Part shown: positions 34,344 through 45,300 of the stretch, one piece after another | Layout: each line of letters starts with the position of its first letter | How positions within the stretch are numbered: the first letter of the stretch is position 1 | Source: Candidatus Eiseniibacteriota bacterium | GTDB taxonomy: Bacteria > Eisenbacteria > RBG-16-71-46 > CAVPCR01 | Assembly: GCA_963702435.1 (NCBI GenBank) | Contig: CAVPCR010000001.1 | Coordinates: 928,001 to 992,000, forward strand | Reading direction: 5' to 3' | Length of the DNA stretch: 64,000 bases | Program-made: the position numbers and the translations under genes | The notes under the pieces: model-generated | What the model was told of the DNA's origin: nothing | The model's input: the letters and a program-made list of their open reading frames with translations, nothing else | The model's database searches: none

Positions 34344-35627
34344 TCATTCGAGACGCAGCGCCACCACCGGATCGACGCGCGCGGCGCGATTGGCGGGATA
34401 GAGCCCGAAGAAGAGCCCGATCGCCACCGAGAAGACGACCGCGATCAGCACCATCTCGGGGCGGATCACGACCGGGAACCGGGTCAGCGCGCCGACCGCG
34501 GCCGCCCCGCCGGCGCCGAGCGCGAGACCGAGCACCCCGCCGAGCCCGGTCAGGAAGCCCGCCTCGATCAGCACCTCGAGGAGGATGTCCCGCCGGCGCG
34601 CGCCCACCGCCCGCCGCACGCCGATCTCGCGCGTCCGCTCGGTCACCGACACCAGCATGATGTTCATGACGCCGATGCCCCCGACCAGGAGCCCGATCGA
34701 GGAGATGATGACGAGGGCGAGCGCGATCGGCCCGGTGATGCGATCCACGAGCTCCTGGATGGCGGCGGCCGAGAAGACGGCGAAGTTGTCCGGCTGGCCC
34801 GGCTTGAGCCCGCGGCGGACCCGCATCACCGCGCGCGCCTCCTCCTCCGCCTCCTCGGCGCGCTGTCCCGGTTTCACGGTCAGCATCACGTAGCCCGAAT
34901 CCATCTCCTGCTTCCAGTCCTTGAGGAACGAGGTGTAGGGCACCGCGATGAAGTTCTCCCCCCACTCGCCGGCGATCGACTTTCGCTCCGCGAAGGAGCC
35001 CACCACCTCGTAAGAGTTCTCGCCGAGGCGGAGCGTCTTCCCGATCGGATCCACGTCCGAGAAGAGGTCGCGCGACGGCCCATGCGCCACCACGCAGACG
35101 CGGCGGCGGTGCTCGATGTCGAACTCGGTGAAGTAGCGCCCCTCGGCGAGCGGGAGCGAGAAGAAGTGATGGAAGTGCTCCCCGGTGCCGATCACCGCCA
35201 CCGGCCGGGTCTTCCGCCCGCGATAGTGGAGGATGGTGAAGCGCCCGGCGGTCTCGATGTAGTACTCGGCGCGGTCGACCGCCGGGCAGAGGCGCTCGAG
35301 GGCGACGGCGTCGGCCGGCTCGACGTCGGGCCGGGACAGGAAGTCCTCGGGATCGCCGCTCACCATGACGTCGAAACGCGTGACATAGATGACGACGCGA
35401 TCGGTGTTGCCAATGTCGGCGGCGATCTTCTCGCCGAGGCCGGCGAGGATCGCGACCATGGCCATGAGCGCGGCGATCCCGATCGCAACCCCGAGCACGA
35501 GAAGAGCCGAGCGCAGCCGATGGGTGCGGATGACATCGAGCCCCATCTTGACGCTCTCGCGGAAGATGCCGCCGCCGGGGCCGTCGTGCCCGGCGCGCCC
35601 GGGCGCGTTCGCCTGCCGCTCACTCAT
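34344..35627 (-). CDS. ABC permease, MacB/FtsX family
   Basis: LRSALLVLGVAIG, VGGIGVMNIMLVSVTERTREIG, YPANRAARVDP. Confidence 0.92.
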   Translation of the reverse strand: MSERQANAPGRAGHDGPGGGIFRESVKMGLDVIRTHRLRSALLVLGVAIGIAALMAMVAILAGLGEKIAADIGNTDRVVIYVTRFDVMVSGDPEDFLSRPDVEPADAVALERLCPAVDRAEYYIETAGRFTILHYRGRKTRPVAVIGTGEHFHHFFSLPLAEGRYFTEFDIEHRRRVCVVAHGPSRDLFSDVDPIGKTLRLGENSYEVVGSFAERKSIAGEWGENFIAVPYTSFLKDWKQEMDSGYVMLTVKPGQRAEEAEEEARAVMRVRRGLKPGQPDNFAVFSAAAIQELVDRITGPIALALVIISSIGLLVGGIGVMNIMLVSVTERTREIGVRRAVGARRRDILLEVLIEAGFLTGLGGVLGLALGAGGAAAVGALTRFPVVIRPEMVLIAVVFSVAIGLFFGLYPANRAARVDPVVALRLE

Positions 35628-36849
35628 GGCGGAGCGCATCCACCGGATCGAGCCGCGCGGCGCGGCTCGCCGGGTAGAGCCCGAAGAAGATGCCGACCGC
35701 CGCGGTGGCGGCGAGGCTCACGAGGATCGACCACGGCTTGACCGCGTACGGGAGCGGCGTGAAGCGGGCGATCGCGGCGGCGGCGATGAAGCCGCCCGCG
35801 ATGCCGATCACGCCGCCCACCGCGGACAGGGTGACCGCCTCGACCAGGAACTGGCGGAGGATGTCGCGCCGGCGCGCGCCGATCGCCTTCCGCACCCCGA
35901 CCTCGCGCGTCCGCTCGTTCACCGAGACCAGCATGATGTTCATGATCACGATGCCGCCGACCACCAGCGAGAGCGAGACGAGGAAGATGAGCGCGCTGAA
36001 GATGGAGCGCGAGATCGAACCCCACAGGTCGATGAGCGCCGCCGAGGTGATGACCGCGAAGTCGTCGCGCTCGTCGGGACGGAGGCGATGGCGAACGCGC
36101 ATGGCGGCGGTGATCTCCTCGATCACCGCGGCGTTGTCCTCGACCGCCGCGACCCGGACCGGGATCGTGAGCTCGGCGGCGCGCGGGCCGTAGAGCTGGT
36201 GGAAGGCGCCGATCGGGACCAGGACGCGCAGGTTGGGCTGGGAGCCGGCGACCGCCGCCTTCTCGGCGAGGACGCCGATCACCCGGAAGTGCATGGTCCC
36301 GACCCGCAAGCGACGGTCGAGCGGCTGCTCGTCGCGGAAGAGCTTCTCCGCGATCTCCGAGCCGATCAGGGTCACGGGCTGCCGGGTTTCGGTCTCGAGC
36401 GGCGTGAACGAGCGCCCGCTCGCGAGATCGAGGCTGCGGATGACGCCGACCTCGACCGTCCAGCCCTCGACCGGCACGCCGTCGATCGCGCGGCCACGGT
36501 AGCCGATGCGGTCCCGGCTCGCGGCGCGGGCGCCCACCGCATGCCGGGCCGGGAGCCGCTCGCGGATGAAATCGCGATCGGCAAGGGTCAGGTCGGGATT
36601 GCGGAGCGACTCGAGGAAGCGATCGAAGTTGCTCAGGACCTCGAGCTCGTTCCGCGGGGCGAGAGTGACGACGTTCGATCCTTCCTCGGCGATCTCCTCG
36701 CGCACGAAGCGGTTCATGCCGTCGATGATCGAGACGACGGCGACCGTCGACACGACGCCGACGATGTTGCCGAGCAGGGTCAGGAAGGTGCGAACCTTGT
36801 TGGAGCGGAGGGACCCCAGCGCGATCTTGATGCTCTCGCCGAGCTGCAT
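35620..36849 (-). CDS. ABC permease, MacB/FtsX family
   Basis: RTFLTLLGNIVG, VGGIVIMNIMLVSVNERTREVG, YPASRAARLDP. Confidence 0.92.
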   Translation of the reverse strand: MQLGESIKIALGSLRSNKVRTFLTLLGNIVGVVSTVAVVSIIDGMNRFVREEIAEEGSNVVTLAPRNELEVLSNFDRFLESLRNPDLTLADRDFIRERLPARHAVGARAASRDRIGYRGRAIDGVPVEGWTVEVGVIRSLDLASGRSFTPLETETRQPVTLIGSEIAEKLFRDEQPLDRRLRVGTMHFRVIGVLAEKAAVAGSQPNLRVLVPIGAFHQLYGPRAAELTIPVRVAAVEDNAAVIEEITAAMRVRHRLRPDERDDFAVITSAALIDLWGSISRSIFSALIFLVSLSLVVGGIVIMNIMLVSVNERTREVGVRKAIGARRRDILRQFLVEAVTLSAVGGVIGIAGGFIAAAAIARFTPLPYAVKPWSILVSLAATAAVGIFFGLYPASRAARLDPVDALRHE

Positions 36850-36909
36850 CGCTCACCTCACGCCGCCGGCGCCGCCCCCGCCGCGGGAACGGCTGCGCCG
36901 CGCCCGCGC

Positions 36910-38205
36910 CTACTCCGCCTTCTCTTTCTTGCCGCCCTTCGCGCGCTTGACCCGGTCGCCGGCATGGAGCTCGCGGAGCACCTTGAACGGCCCGCTCACG
37001 ACCTCGGCGCCGTCCGCCACGCCCACCGTGATCTCGAAGTGCCGTTCGCCGGTGATGCCGACCGTGACCGGCTCGAAACGGACCCTGCCCTTCTCGACGA
37101 CCAGGAGCCCGTAGGTTTCGCGGCGAGCGCGCTTGCCCGTGGCATCGAGCGAGTCCTCGTCGGCCTCGGTCGCCTGCGGGCCGCGCTTCCCGCGCCGGCG
37201 ATTCTCGGCCTGGCGCTCCTCGGACGCCGGATCGCGATAGAGAAGCGCGCCGATCGATACCGCGAGCACGCTGTCACGCCGCGCGGTCACGATGTCGGCG
37301 GTGGCGGAGAGGCCGGGTCGGAGGCCAGGGAGCGTGTCGTGGAGACGGACCGCCACCTCGAAGTCGGCCGAGGTCTCCCCGACCACGCCGACGCCCCGCT
37401 TCGCGGAGCTTCCGACCTCGGTGACCACGCCGTGCAGGATCGAGTCGGGGAAGGCGTCCACCGTGACCTCGGCGTCCTGCCCGATCCGCACGTTCACGAC
37501 ATCGGTCTCGTCGACATCGATGCGGGCCTCCATGCTCGAGAGATCGGAGATCGTCAAGAGCACGGTGCCCGGGTTGTTCATGGTGCCGGTGACCACCGTC
37601 TCGCCCTCCTCGATGTTGAGGCGGGTGATGACGCCGGACATGGCCGCGGTGATCGTGACCTGCTTGAGATCGTACTGCGCGCTCCGGAGCATGGCCTCGG
37701 CCTCGGCGAGGCGGCCGCGCGCGACGGCGAGCCCGGCGACCGCGCGCTCGTCGGCGCGGCGCGCCGCATCCAGCTCGGTGGTCGAGGCGAGGCCGCGGGC
37801 GGCGAGCGCCTCGATGCGCTCGCGCTGGGTCTTCGCCTCGGTCAGCGTGGCCGTGGCCGCGTCGATCTCGGCGCGCGCGGCGGCGATCGCGGCGCGCAGG
37901 CGATCGACCTGGCTCTCATAGGGTGCGGGATCGATGCGGAGGAGGAGCTGTCCGGCGCGCACCGTGTCGCCTTCCTCCACCGCGAGCTCGACGACCTTGC
38001 CGACCGTGACCGAGCTCACCTCGACCTTGCGCCTTGGATCGATCCAGCCCGAGCCGCTCACCACCGAGCGCAGGTTCCGGCGCTTCACCTTCTCGAGCTC
38101 GACCTCGTGCCGTGCCTCGCGGCTCTTCACGAGATTGACGGCGAGGAGCGCGCCGAGGAGGACGGCGAACCCTACGATGAGGAGGATGCGTTTGCGCTTG
38201 GTCAC
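36910..38205 (-). CDS. efflux periplasmic adaptor (MacA/HlyD family)
   Basis: N-terminal TM; VEEGDTVRAGQLLL.ID, coiled coil, VDETDV, LRPGLSATADI. Confidence 0.92.
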   Translation of the reverse strand: MTKRKRILLIVGFAVLLGALLAVNLVKSREARHEVELEKVKRRNLRSVVSGSGWIDPRRKVEVSSVTVGKVVELAVEEGDTVRAGQLLLRIDPAPYESQVDRLRAAIAAARAEIDAATATLTEAKTQRERIEALAARGLASTTELDAARRADERAVAGLAVARGRLAEAEAMLRSAQYDLKQVTITAAMSGVITRLNIEEGETVVTGTMNNPGTVLLTISDLSSMEARIDVDETDVVNVRIGQDAEVTVDAFPDSILHGVVTEVGSSAKRGVGVVGETSADFEVAVRLHDTLPGLRPGLSATADIVTARRDSVLAVSIGALLYRDPASEERQAENRRRGKRGPQATEADEDSLDATGKRARRETYGLLVVEKGRVRFEPVTVGITGERHFEITVGVADGAEVVSGPFKVLRELHAGDRVKRAKGGKKEKAE

Positions 38206-38427
38206 GGCTCCACTCGTTCCGGGGAGAGCGCTGGCTTCCGGCTGCAGGCTGCAGGCTACAAGCTCGAGGACGGCGGCATCTTAGCACGGCCGGGCGGGCG
38301 CGGCGTCCGGACGACACGGCGGGGAACGCGGGCCGGGACGAGCTACCAGGATGCGGGCGGCGCCGGCGCGAACTCCGCGCACCATGGGGTGGACTTGCAC
38401 CATGGACGGACCTTAGACTCCGTACCC

Positions 38428-38493
38428 ATGAGCTGGACACGCACCCCATCCGGCAGGTTCCGCCATCTCTTCCCGGTGCAGTACGCGTGGTGA
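38428..38493 (+). pseudogene. 21-aa mini-ORF: internally deleted copy of the LVIVD gene
   Basis: MSWTRTPSGRFRHLFPVQYAW; its promoter and last 27 nt match those of gene 40357-42282. Confidence 0.7.
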
Positions 38494-40223
38494 AAGACGC
38501 GGCGCCGGGGCCCGGCGGGGCACCCGAACCGAAGCCGGCGGACATCGTCGCGTTCTACCACGAGCGGACGAAGCATCACCTGCATCGTTATGCGACCGGG
38601 CCGGACCAGCTCGACTGGGCGACACAGCCCGATCCCTTCCGGCGCTATCGTGGCGCACCGCTCGTGCGCCTGCCGCTCCCGGAACCAGGCGACCCCCGAC
38701 TCTACGAGGAGCTCTACGCGCCGGCGGGCGGCACACCGGCAGAGCTGCTCACGCCGGCGACCGTATCGCGTTTTCTCCGCTATTCCCTCTCGCTCACCGC
38801 ATGGAAGGAGTTCCGCGGCACGCGCTGGGCCCTGCGCGCCAACCCGTCGAGCGGCAATCTGCACCCGACCGAGGGATACCTCGTGCTGCCGGCCGTGCCC
38901 GGTCTCAGCGAGCGGCCGGGCGTCCATCACTATGCGCCGCGCGAGCACGCCCTCGAGCTCCGCGCTGATCTTGCGGCAGGCACCTACGGGCGGTGCGTCG
39001 CCGCGTTGCCCGCCCCCGCGTTCCTGGTCGGACTCACGTCGATCCACTGGCGCGAAGCCTGGAAGTACGGCGAGCGCGCCTATCGCTACTGCCAGCACGA
39101 CGTGGGACACGCGCTCGCCGCGCTCCGCCTGTCGGTCGCGGCGCTCGGATGGAGGGCGCGACTCGTCCATCCCACCCGCGACGACCGGATCGCCGCGCTC
39201 CTCGGCATCGATCGGGCCGCCGACTACCCCGCCGGCGCGGAGCGCGAGGCACCCGATCTCCTGCTCGCAGTGGGCAGCGAGCCGCGCGCGCAGGATGCGA
39301 TCGCCGCGGAACTCACGGGAGACGCATTGCGCGCAGCGGCCCTGGGCGCCGCCTGGCACGGGAGCGCGAACGCCCTGAGCTCCGACCACCGGCACGACTG
39401 GCCCGCCATCGAGCTGGTGGCGACAGCGGCTGCCGATCGCGGGGATGAAGCATCCTCGAGTATTCCCGTCTCAGAGGAGAATTTCGCGCAGTTCCCGGAT
39501 GCGGCGGACCTGTTCCCCGCCGGCGCCAGCGCCGGGACCGCGACCGCCGAGAAGGTGATCCTCGGGCGGCGAAGTGCCGTCGCCATGGACGGCCTGACCG
39601 CGATCGACGCCGCGACCTTCTATCGCATGCTCGCCCGCCTCGTGCCCGTGGCCGGGAATGCCGCGCCACCGTGGGATGCGCTTCCGTGGCGACCGCGCAT
39701 CCACCTCGCGCTCTTCGTGCACCGGGTGAACGGGCTCGCGCCCGGTCTCTACGCCCTCGCCCGGGATCCGGAGAAGATGGACCTCCTCCGCGCCGCCATG
39801 CGCGCCGACTTCGCCTTCGCGGTGCCGCCGGGGACACCGGCCGGACTGCCGCTCCGCCGCCTGACCGGCGGCGACCTGCGCGATGCGGCGGCCACGATCT
39901 CCTGCCATCAGACCATCGCCTCCGGCGGGGCGTTCAGCCTGGGCATGCTCGCCGAGATGCGGGATGGCATCGCCATCCACGGTCCCTCGTTCTACCGGCG
40001 CCTGTACTGGGAAGCGGGGATGATCGGTCAGGTCCTCTACCTCGAAGCCGAGGCGGCGGGAGTACGCGCCACAGGGATCGGATGCTACTTCGACGACGCG
40101 ATGCACCACATCCTCGGGCTCGAGGACGATCGCCTGCAAAGCTTCTATCACTTCACGACCGGGGGACCGGTGGAGGACGAGCGCCTGACGACGCTCCCGG
40201 CGTACGGCGACCGCGGCGATTGA
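38487..40223 (+). CDS. SagB/ThcOx-like tandem nitroreductase-domain protein
   Basis: YHERTKH, LDWATQPDPFR, LRANPSSGNLHPTE, REAWKYGERAYRY, RRSA, GQVLYLEAE, GIGCYFDD. Confidence 0.9.
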   Translation: MVKDAAPGPGGAPEPKPADIVAFYHERTKHHLHRYATGPDQLDWATQPDPFRRYRGAPLVRLPLPEPGDPRLYEELYAPAGGTPAELLTPATVSRFLRYSLSLTAWKEFRGTRWALRANPSSGNLHPTEGYLVLPAVPGLSERPGVHHYAPREHALELRADLAAGTYGRCVAALPAPAFLVGLTSIHWREAWKYGERAYRYCQHDVGHALAALRLSVAALGWRARLVHPTRDDRIAALLGIDRAADYPAGAEREAPDLLLAVGSEPRAQDAIAAELTGDALRAAALGAAWHGSANALSSDHRHDWPAIELVATAAADRGDEASSSIPVSEENFAQFPDAADLFPAGASAGTATAEKVILGRRSAVAMDGLTAIDAATFYRMLARLVPVAGNAAPPWDALPWRPRIHLALFVHRVNGLAPGLYALARDPEKMDLLRAAMRADFAFAVPPGTPAGLPLRRLTGGDLRDAAATISCHQTIASGGAFSLGMLAEMRDGIAIHGPSFYRRLYWEAGMIGQVLYLEAEAAGVRATGIGCYFDDAMHHILGLEDDRLQSFYHFTTGGPVEDERLTTLPAYGDRGD

Positions 40224-40240
40224 AACGACAGCGCGCTCGG

Positions 40241-40278
40241 TCGAGCCAGCGGATCTCGCCGGTGGCGGGAAGGAGAAG
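40241..40278. repeat. 38-bp duplicate of the addA 3' end (42318-42355)
   Basis: TCGAGCCAGCGGATCTCGCCGGT identical, 35/38 overall. Confidence 0.85.
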
Positions 40279-40356
40279 AAGAAGGGCCATCCTTCATCAT
40301 TTCTTGACAGGGTCGAAGGTGGACTTGCCCCGTGAGCCACCCTAGACTCCGGCGCC

Positions 40357-42282
40357 ATGAACCGGATGCTCGCCTGTGCCGCTCTCCGCTCCGTTCTCCT
40401 CGCCTCCCTCCTCTCCACGGCGCTCCTCGCCCCACCGGCCGCGAGCGAGTCCCCGTCCACTTGCATCGACTATCGCAGCTACCTCCACTGGGTGAGCCGC
40501 GTCGACGCGCCCGAGTACGCGACCGCCGTCGCCTTGGCGAACGGGTTCGCGTACATGACGGACGGGAAGTTCGGCCTGGTGGCGATCGACATCGCGGACC
40601 CGTCGGCGCCGGAGGTGATCGGCCGGGCGCGGATCCGCGGCGGCGCGCGCGACATCGCCGTGAGCGGGACGCATGCCTTCGTCGTCGGCGCCGAGTGCGG
40701 GCTCCTCGTCATCGACCTCGGCGATCCGGGACGCCTCGACGTCGTCGGCCGGATCGAGGACCTCGGCTCCCCGAACGCGATCGCCCTCGCCGGCGCGCAC
40801 GCCCATGTCGCCGACGGCACGCACGGACTCCAGGTGATCGACGTGACCGACCCGGCCCGACCCCGCGTGGTCGGCGAGGCGTTGACCCGCGATGCGCGCG
40901 ATGTCGCCGTGGCCGGGACTCACGCCTACGTGGCCGATCACCACCTCGGCCTGCATGTGATCGACATCGCCAATCCCACCTATCCGATCATCATCTCGCG
41001 GCTCGAGACGCCGGGGAACGCGGCCGCGGTGGCGGTGAGCGGAGTCCACGCCTACGTGGCCGATGGCTTCGGGGGCGGGCTCGTCATCGCCGATGTCGGC
41101 GATCCACGGGCGCCGCGCGTCACGGCGACCCTCGATGCGTTTGGCGAGGCGTGGAGCGTGGCCGTGTCCGGAAGCCACGCCTTCTTCGGAGGCGAGACGC
41201 TGCATGTGGCCGAGATCGGAGATCCCACCCGCCCGCGGCTCCTCGGCCGGGTGCCGCTCGCCGATCTCGCCTTCGGGATCGCCGTCGACGGGGATCTGAT
41301 CTACGTCGCCGGCAACACGGCGGGCCTCCAGGTGATCGATCTCGCGAGCGGGCAGGATGTGCGGCCGCTCGCGATGATCGACACGATCGGCCCCGCGCGC
41401 GGCGTGGCGTGCGCGGCAGGGCTCGCGGCGGTGGCGGGCAACGAGGGCGGGCTCGGGCTCATCACGCTCGGCGAGCGGCCCGCGCTCGCGCACACGGTGA
41501 CGATTCCGGATCAGGCCTATGGCGTGGCGATCGCCGGGACGCACGCCTACGTTGCAGCGCATGCTGCGGGTCTCGCCGTGGTCGACATCGCCGACCCGGC
41601 CGGGGCCCGGCTCGCCGCAGTCCTCGACACCCCGTACGGGGCCTGGGATCTCGCGGTCGCCGGCACGCACGCCTATGTCGCCGACTACCAGGCGGGGCTC
41701 CAGATCTTCGACATAACAGATCCGTCGCAACCGCAGGCGGTCGGAAGCATCGACACACCCGGCGACGCCTGGGATGTCGCGGTCACGGGCCCGCTTGCCT
41801 GTGTCGCCGACGGCGACCACGGACTCACCCTCATCGACATCGCGAACCCGGCGCGACCCCGCGTCGCCGGGCGGGTCCCGATCGGCGGGCGCGCCGTCGG
41901 TGTCGCCGCCGACGGCGACCATGCCTACGTCGCGAGCGGCGGGTCGAGCGATCTCTTCGTGATCTCGATTGCCAGCCCGTCCGCACCGAAGATCGTGGCC
42001 GCGATCCCCACGCTCGGCGGCGCCCGCGACGTGGCCGTGATGCGGGCGCCGAGCAGCCCGGCCGGCGCGGCGGCCGGCGGGACCAGGATCTTCGTCTACG
42101 TCGCGGACGAGAAGGCGGGACTCCAGGTCATCGATGCCACGACGCCGGAGTCGCCGCGCGTGATCGGCGGTGCCGCGACCGGCGGCTCCTCCGGGGTGGC
42201 GGTGTCATCGGCCGCCGGGATCGTGGCGATGGCGAGCGGCAAGCACGGCATCCAGCTCTTCCCGGTGCAGTGCGCGTGGTGA
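40357..42282 (+). CDS. secreted LVIVD-repeat beta-propeller protein
   Basis: Signal peptide; a dozen or more repeats of VAVxGxHAYVADxxxGLxVIDxxDP. Confidence 0.9.
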   Translation: MNRMLACAALRSVLLASLLSTALLAPPAASESPSTCIDYRSYLHWVSRVDAPEYATAVALANGFAYMTDGKFGLVAIDIADPSAPEVIGRARIRGGARDIAVSGTHAFVVGAECGLLVIDLGDPGRLDVVGRIEDLGSPNAIALAGAHAHVADGTHGLQVIDVTDPARPRVVGEALTRDARDVAVAGTHAYVADHHLGLHVIDIANPTYPIIISRLETPGNAAAVAVSGVHAYVADGFGGGLVIADVGDPRAPRVTATLDAFGEAWSVAVSGSHAFFGGETLHVAEIGDPTRPRLLGRVPLADLAFGIAVDGDLIYVAGNTAGLQVIDLASGQDVRPLAMIDTIGPARGVACAAGLAAVAGNEGGLGLITLGERPALAHTVTIPDQAYGVAIAGTHAYVAAHAAGLAVVDIADPAGARLAAVLDTPYGAWDLAVAGTHAYVADYQAGLQIFDITDPSQPQAVGSIDTPGDAWDVAVTGPLACVADGDHGLTLIDIANPARPRVAGRVPIGGRAVGVAADGDHAYVASGGSSDLFVISIASPSAPKIVAAIPTLGGARDVAVMRAPSSPAGAAAGGTRIFVYVADEKAGLQVIDATTPESPRVIGGAATGGSSGVAVSSAAGIVAMASGKHGIQLFPVQCAW

Positions 42283-42313
42283 GGCGGGACCGCCGCGCGC
42301 AGGAGATCGCGGC

Positions 42314-45300
42314 TCAATCGAGCCAGCGGATCTCGCCGGTCGCGGTGAGGAGAAGCCCGGCGCGGAGCGCGGGCCCGCCGAGCCAGCCCGCGGCGCGCAG
42401 CGCCGCCGCGTAGAGGCGGAGCTGCTCGGCGTAGGCCGGATATGCGGTCGCGAGCGCCCCGCGGACCGGCTGATCGGTCTTCCAGTCGATCACGTACGCG
42501 ACATCCGGACCGACGGCGAGGAGATCGATCGCGCCGCGGAGGAGCGTCGCGTCGTCGGGAACCGCCGTCACATCGACCTCGGTCGCGAGATCGAGCGTGC
42601 GGAGACCCGCGGCGTCGAGGGCGGCGAGCGCGCGCCCGACATCGGCCTCGACGTCGCCGTGCAGCGCGGCGAGCGCCCGGCGCGCCGCGGGACGGAGCGC
42701 GAGCCCGGTCTCCTCGATCGCGACGCGCACGGCGTCCTCCGGTGCGAGATCCGCGCCGCCGAGGACCAGCTCGAGCGCGCGGTGGACGGCGATCCCGAAG
42801 TGCTGGCCGTGCCGCGAGCGTTCGCTCTTGGCGGCGCGCTCGCCGGCCGCGGGATCGATCTCGTCTTCGACCGCTGCTGCCGCCGCCGCCGCGTGCGCCA
42901 CTGCGGTCACGGCGCGCGGCGCGGCGCGCGGCTGCATGGACCGAGCGAGCCCGGTTGCGAACGACTTCGCTCCGGCCGCGAGCACGCGGTCGAATTCCGG
43001 ATCGGCCCGCATGGGGGGCGGCACGACCGGCTCCGCGCCCGCCTCCGGGCGCGCCCAGTCGGGAATCGCATCGGGCTGATAGGGCGCGAGCCAGTGGACG
43101 AGGCCGGCGCTCGCCCGGTCGCCGGCGGCGCCGGCCATGATCGCGGTCGCGTAATCCCACTTGTACACCGGCCGGGGCAGCGGCAGCACGAGCAGGTCCC
43201 GCGCGCGCGTCGCCGCGACGTAGTAGAGGCGAGCGCGCTCGTGCCGGTCGAAGCCCTTCTCGGTCTCGGCCACCGCCGAGCCCTCCGGTTCCTCCACGGT
43301 CACCGGCGAGAGGTTCAGGGCCCACGACCGGCCGTCCCGACCCACCACCCAGAACCGCGCGCGCCCCCCCTTGAGATCCACGGTCTGGTAGCCGTCCCAC
43401 AGGACGACGACCGGAAACTCGAGACCCTTCGCCTGATGCACGGTCATGATGCGCACAGCATCGTCACCGAGCGGCTCGGGCACCGGCAGGAAGACGGGGA
43501 CATCGGCCCAGTCGCGCGGCAGCCGGGTGGCCTGGTCGAAGTCCAGCCCCTCGGCCTGAGCGCGCCGCTCGATCTCGAAGGCGACCTCGTAGAGCGCGGC
43601 GAGGGTCTGCCGCCCGTTGGGCCGCGCCTGGACTGCACGCCCGAGTCCCGTGCGCTCGATGAGATCGCGCGCGGTGGCCCCCGGCGAGCGCCCGTGCCGG
43701 CGGGCGCGCAGGTCGCGCACGATCTCCCGCGCCGCCGCCACCCGCGCGATCCGCTCCTCGCGTTCGGCCGCCGGCACCGCGCTCTCCGCGTCGGCCGCGC
43801 TCTCCGTATCCCTCCGCCGCGCGATCCTCTCGAGCACGAGATCGAGCGGATCGAGCGCAAAGATGGGCGGGGCGAAGAGCGCCGCCTCGGCCACGCCGTC
43901 ATCGCGGTCGGCGATCGCGCGCAGCGCGAGCAGGTAGCGGCGAACGACCGGATGGGACAGGAGGAGCGTCCCGCCGCGGATCGAGTGTTCGATGCCGCGG
44001 GCGTCGAGCTCGGCACGGAGGAGATTGAGGCGCGTCGTCACCGGGGCGAGGATGGCGATGTCGCCGGGGCGCAGCCGCCGCGGGCGCTTGGTGAACTGAT
44101 CCCGGACCTCGCCGCCGGTGCGGAGGAGCCAGGCGAGGTACGAGGCGATGGCCGCGGCCTCCGCCGCCCGCCCCTCATCCATCGGGAGCCCCTCACCCCC
44201 CGCGCCCGCGTACGGGATGACGTGCACCGGCGGCGGTCCGGCCGGGATCGCGGGGTCGGGCTCGATGCGCTCGTAGAAGACCTGGCCGGTCGCCGCATCC
44301 AGCATGGGGCGCCGCCCACGCGCGGGCGGCGCGTCGCGGTTGAGGAGCACGGCGAGACGCGCGTTGAAGTAGCGCACGAGCTCGGGGCGACTCCGGAAGT
44401 TGGTGACGAGGCTGAGCACGAGCGCACCCTGATCGCGCAGCATCGCCTCCGCCCGCGCGTAGGTGGCGACGTCGGCGCGGCGGAAGCGATAGATGGACTG
44501 CTTCGGATCGCCGACCAGGGTCAGCCGTCCCGGGCGGAGATGCACCTCGCTCCAGTCGCGGGCGCTCGTCCCATCCTCGCACAGGTAGAAGAGGATCTCG
44601 CACTGCAGGGGATCGGTATCCTGGAACTCGTCGACGAAGATGTGATCGAAACGCTGCTGGTAGTAGCGCCGCACATCGGGCTGGTCGCGGAGGAGATCGC
44701 GGAGCTTGATGAGGAGATCCACGTAGTCGACACGCTCGCGTTCCGCCTTGACCCGGTCGTAGAGCACCACCGCGACCGGGGCCAGGTGGACGATGCGCGT
44801 CGCGAGCCAGCGGTACGGCCGGCGGAGCCGGGGGCCGAGATCGCGCGGGATGCCGTGGCCGCCGTCCTGCTCGCCGCGGAGCGTCTTGTAGAGCGTCCAG
44901 CTCCAGTTGTCCTGCTCGAAGTCGCGTTCCCACTGCAGGCGCCGGCCGCCCAGCGCCTCCTTGATCACCGCCAGCGCGTCGACCGGGCTCTCGACCTCGG
45001 CGAGCTGGCGGAGCCGCGAGATCATGTTGCGGAGATGCCCGGCGCCGACGCTCGACCCGCGCACGCGGGCCTCGAGAGCGACGAGCTCGCCGACCGCCTC
45101 GCGCACGACGGCGAGCCCCGCGTCGGGGATCGGCGGCAGCGCGACGCGTACGTCGCGCTGCTCGATCATGCCGGAGACGACGCTCGCGAGCGAGGGCACC
45201 TCGAACCCGAAGGCGTTCTCGCGCGCCTCGATCTGGAGGCCGCTCTGCGTGACCGCACGCAGCGTTTCCTGGGCCAGTTCGAGCTCCTCGCGGCTGAGGG

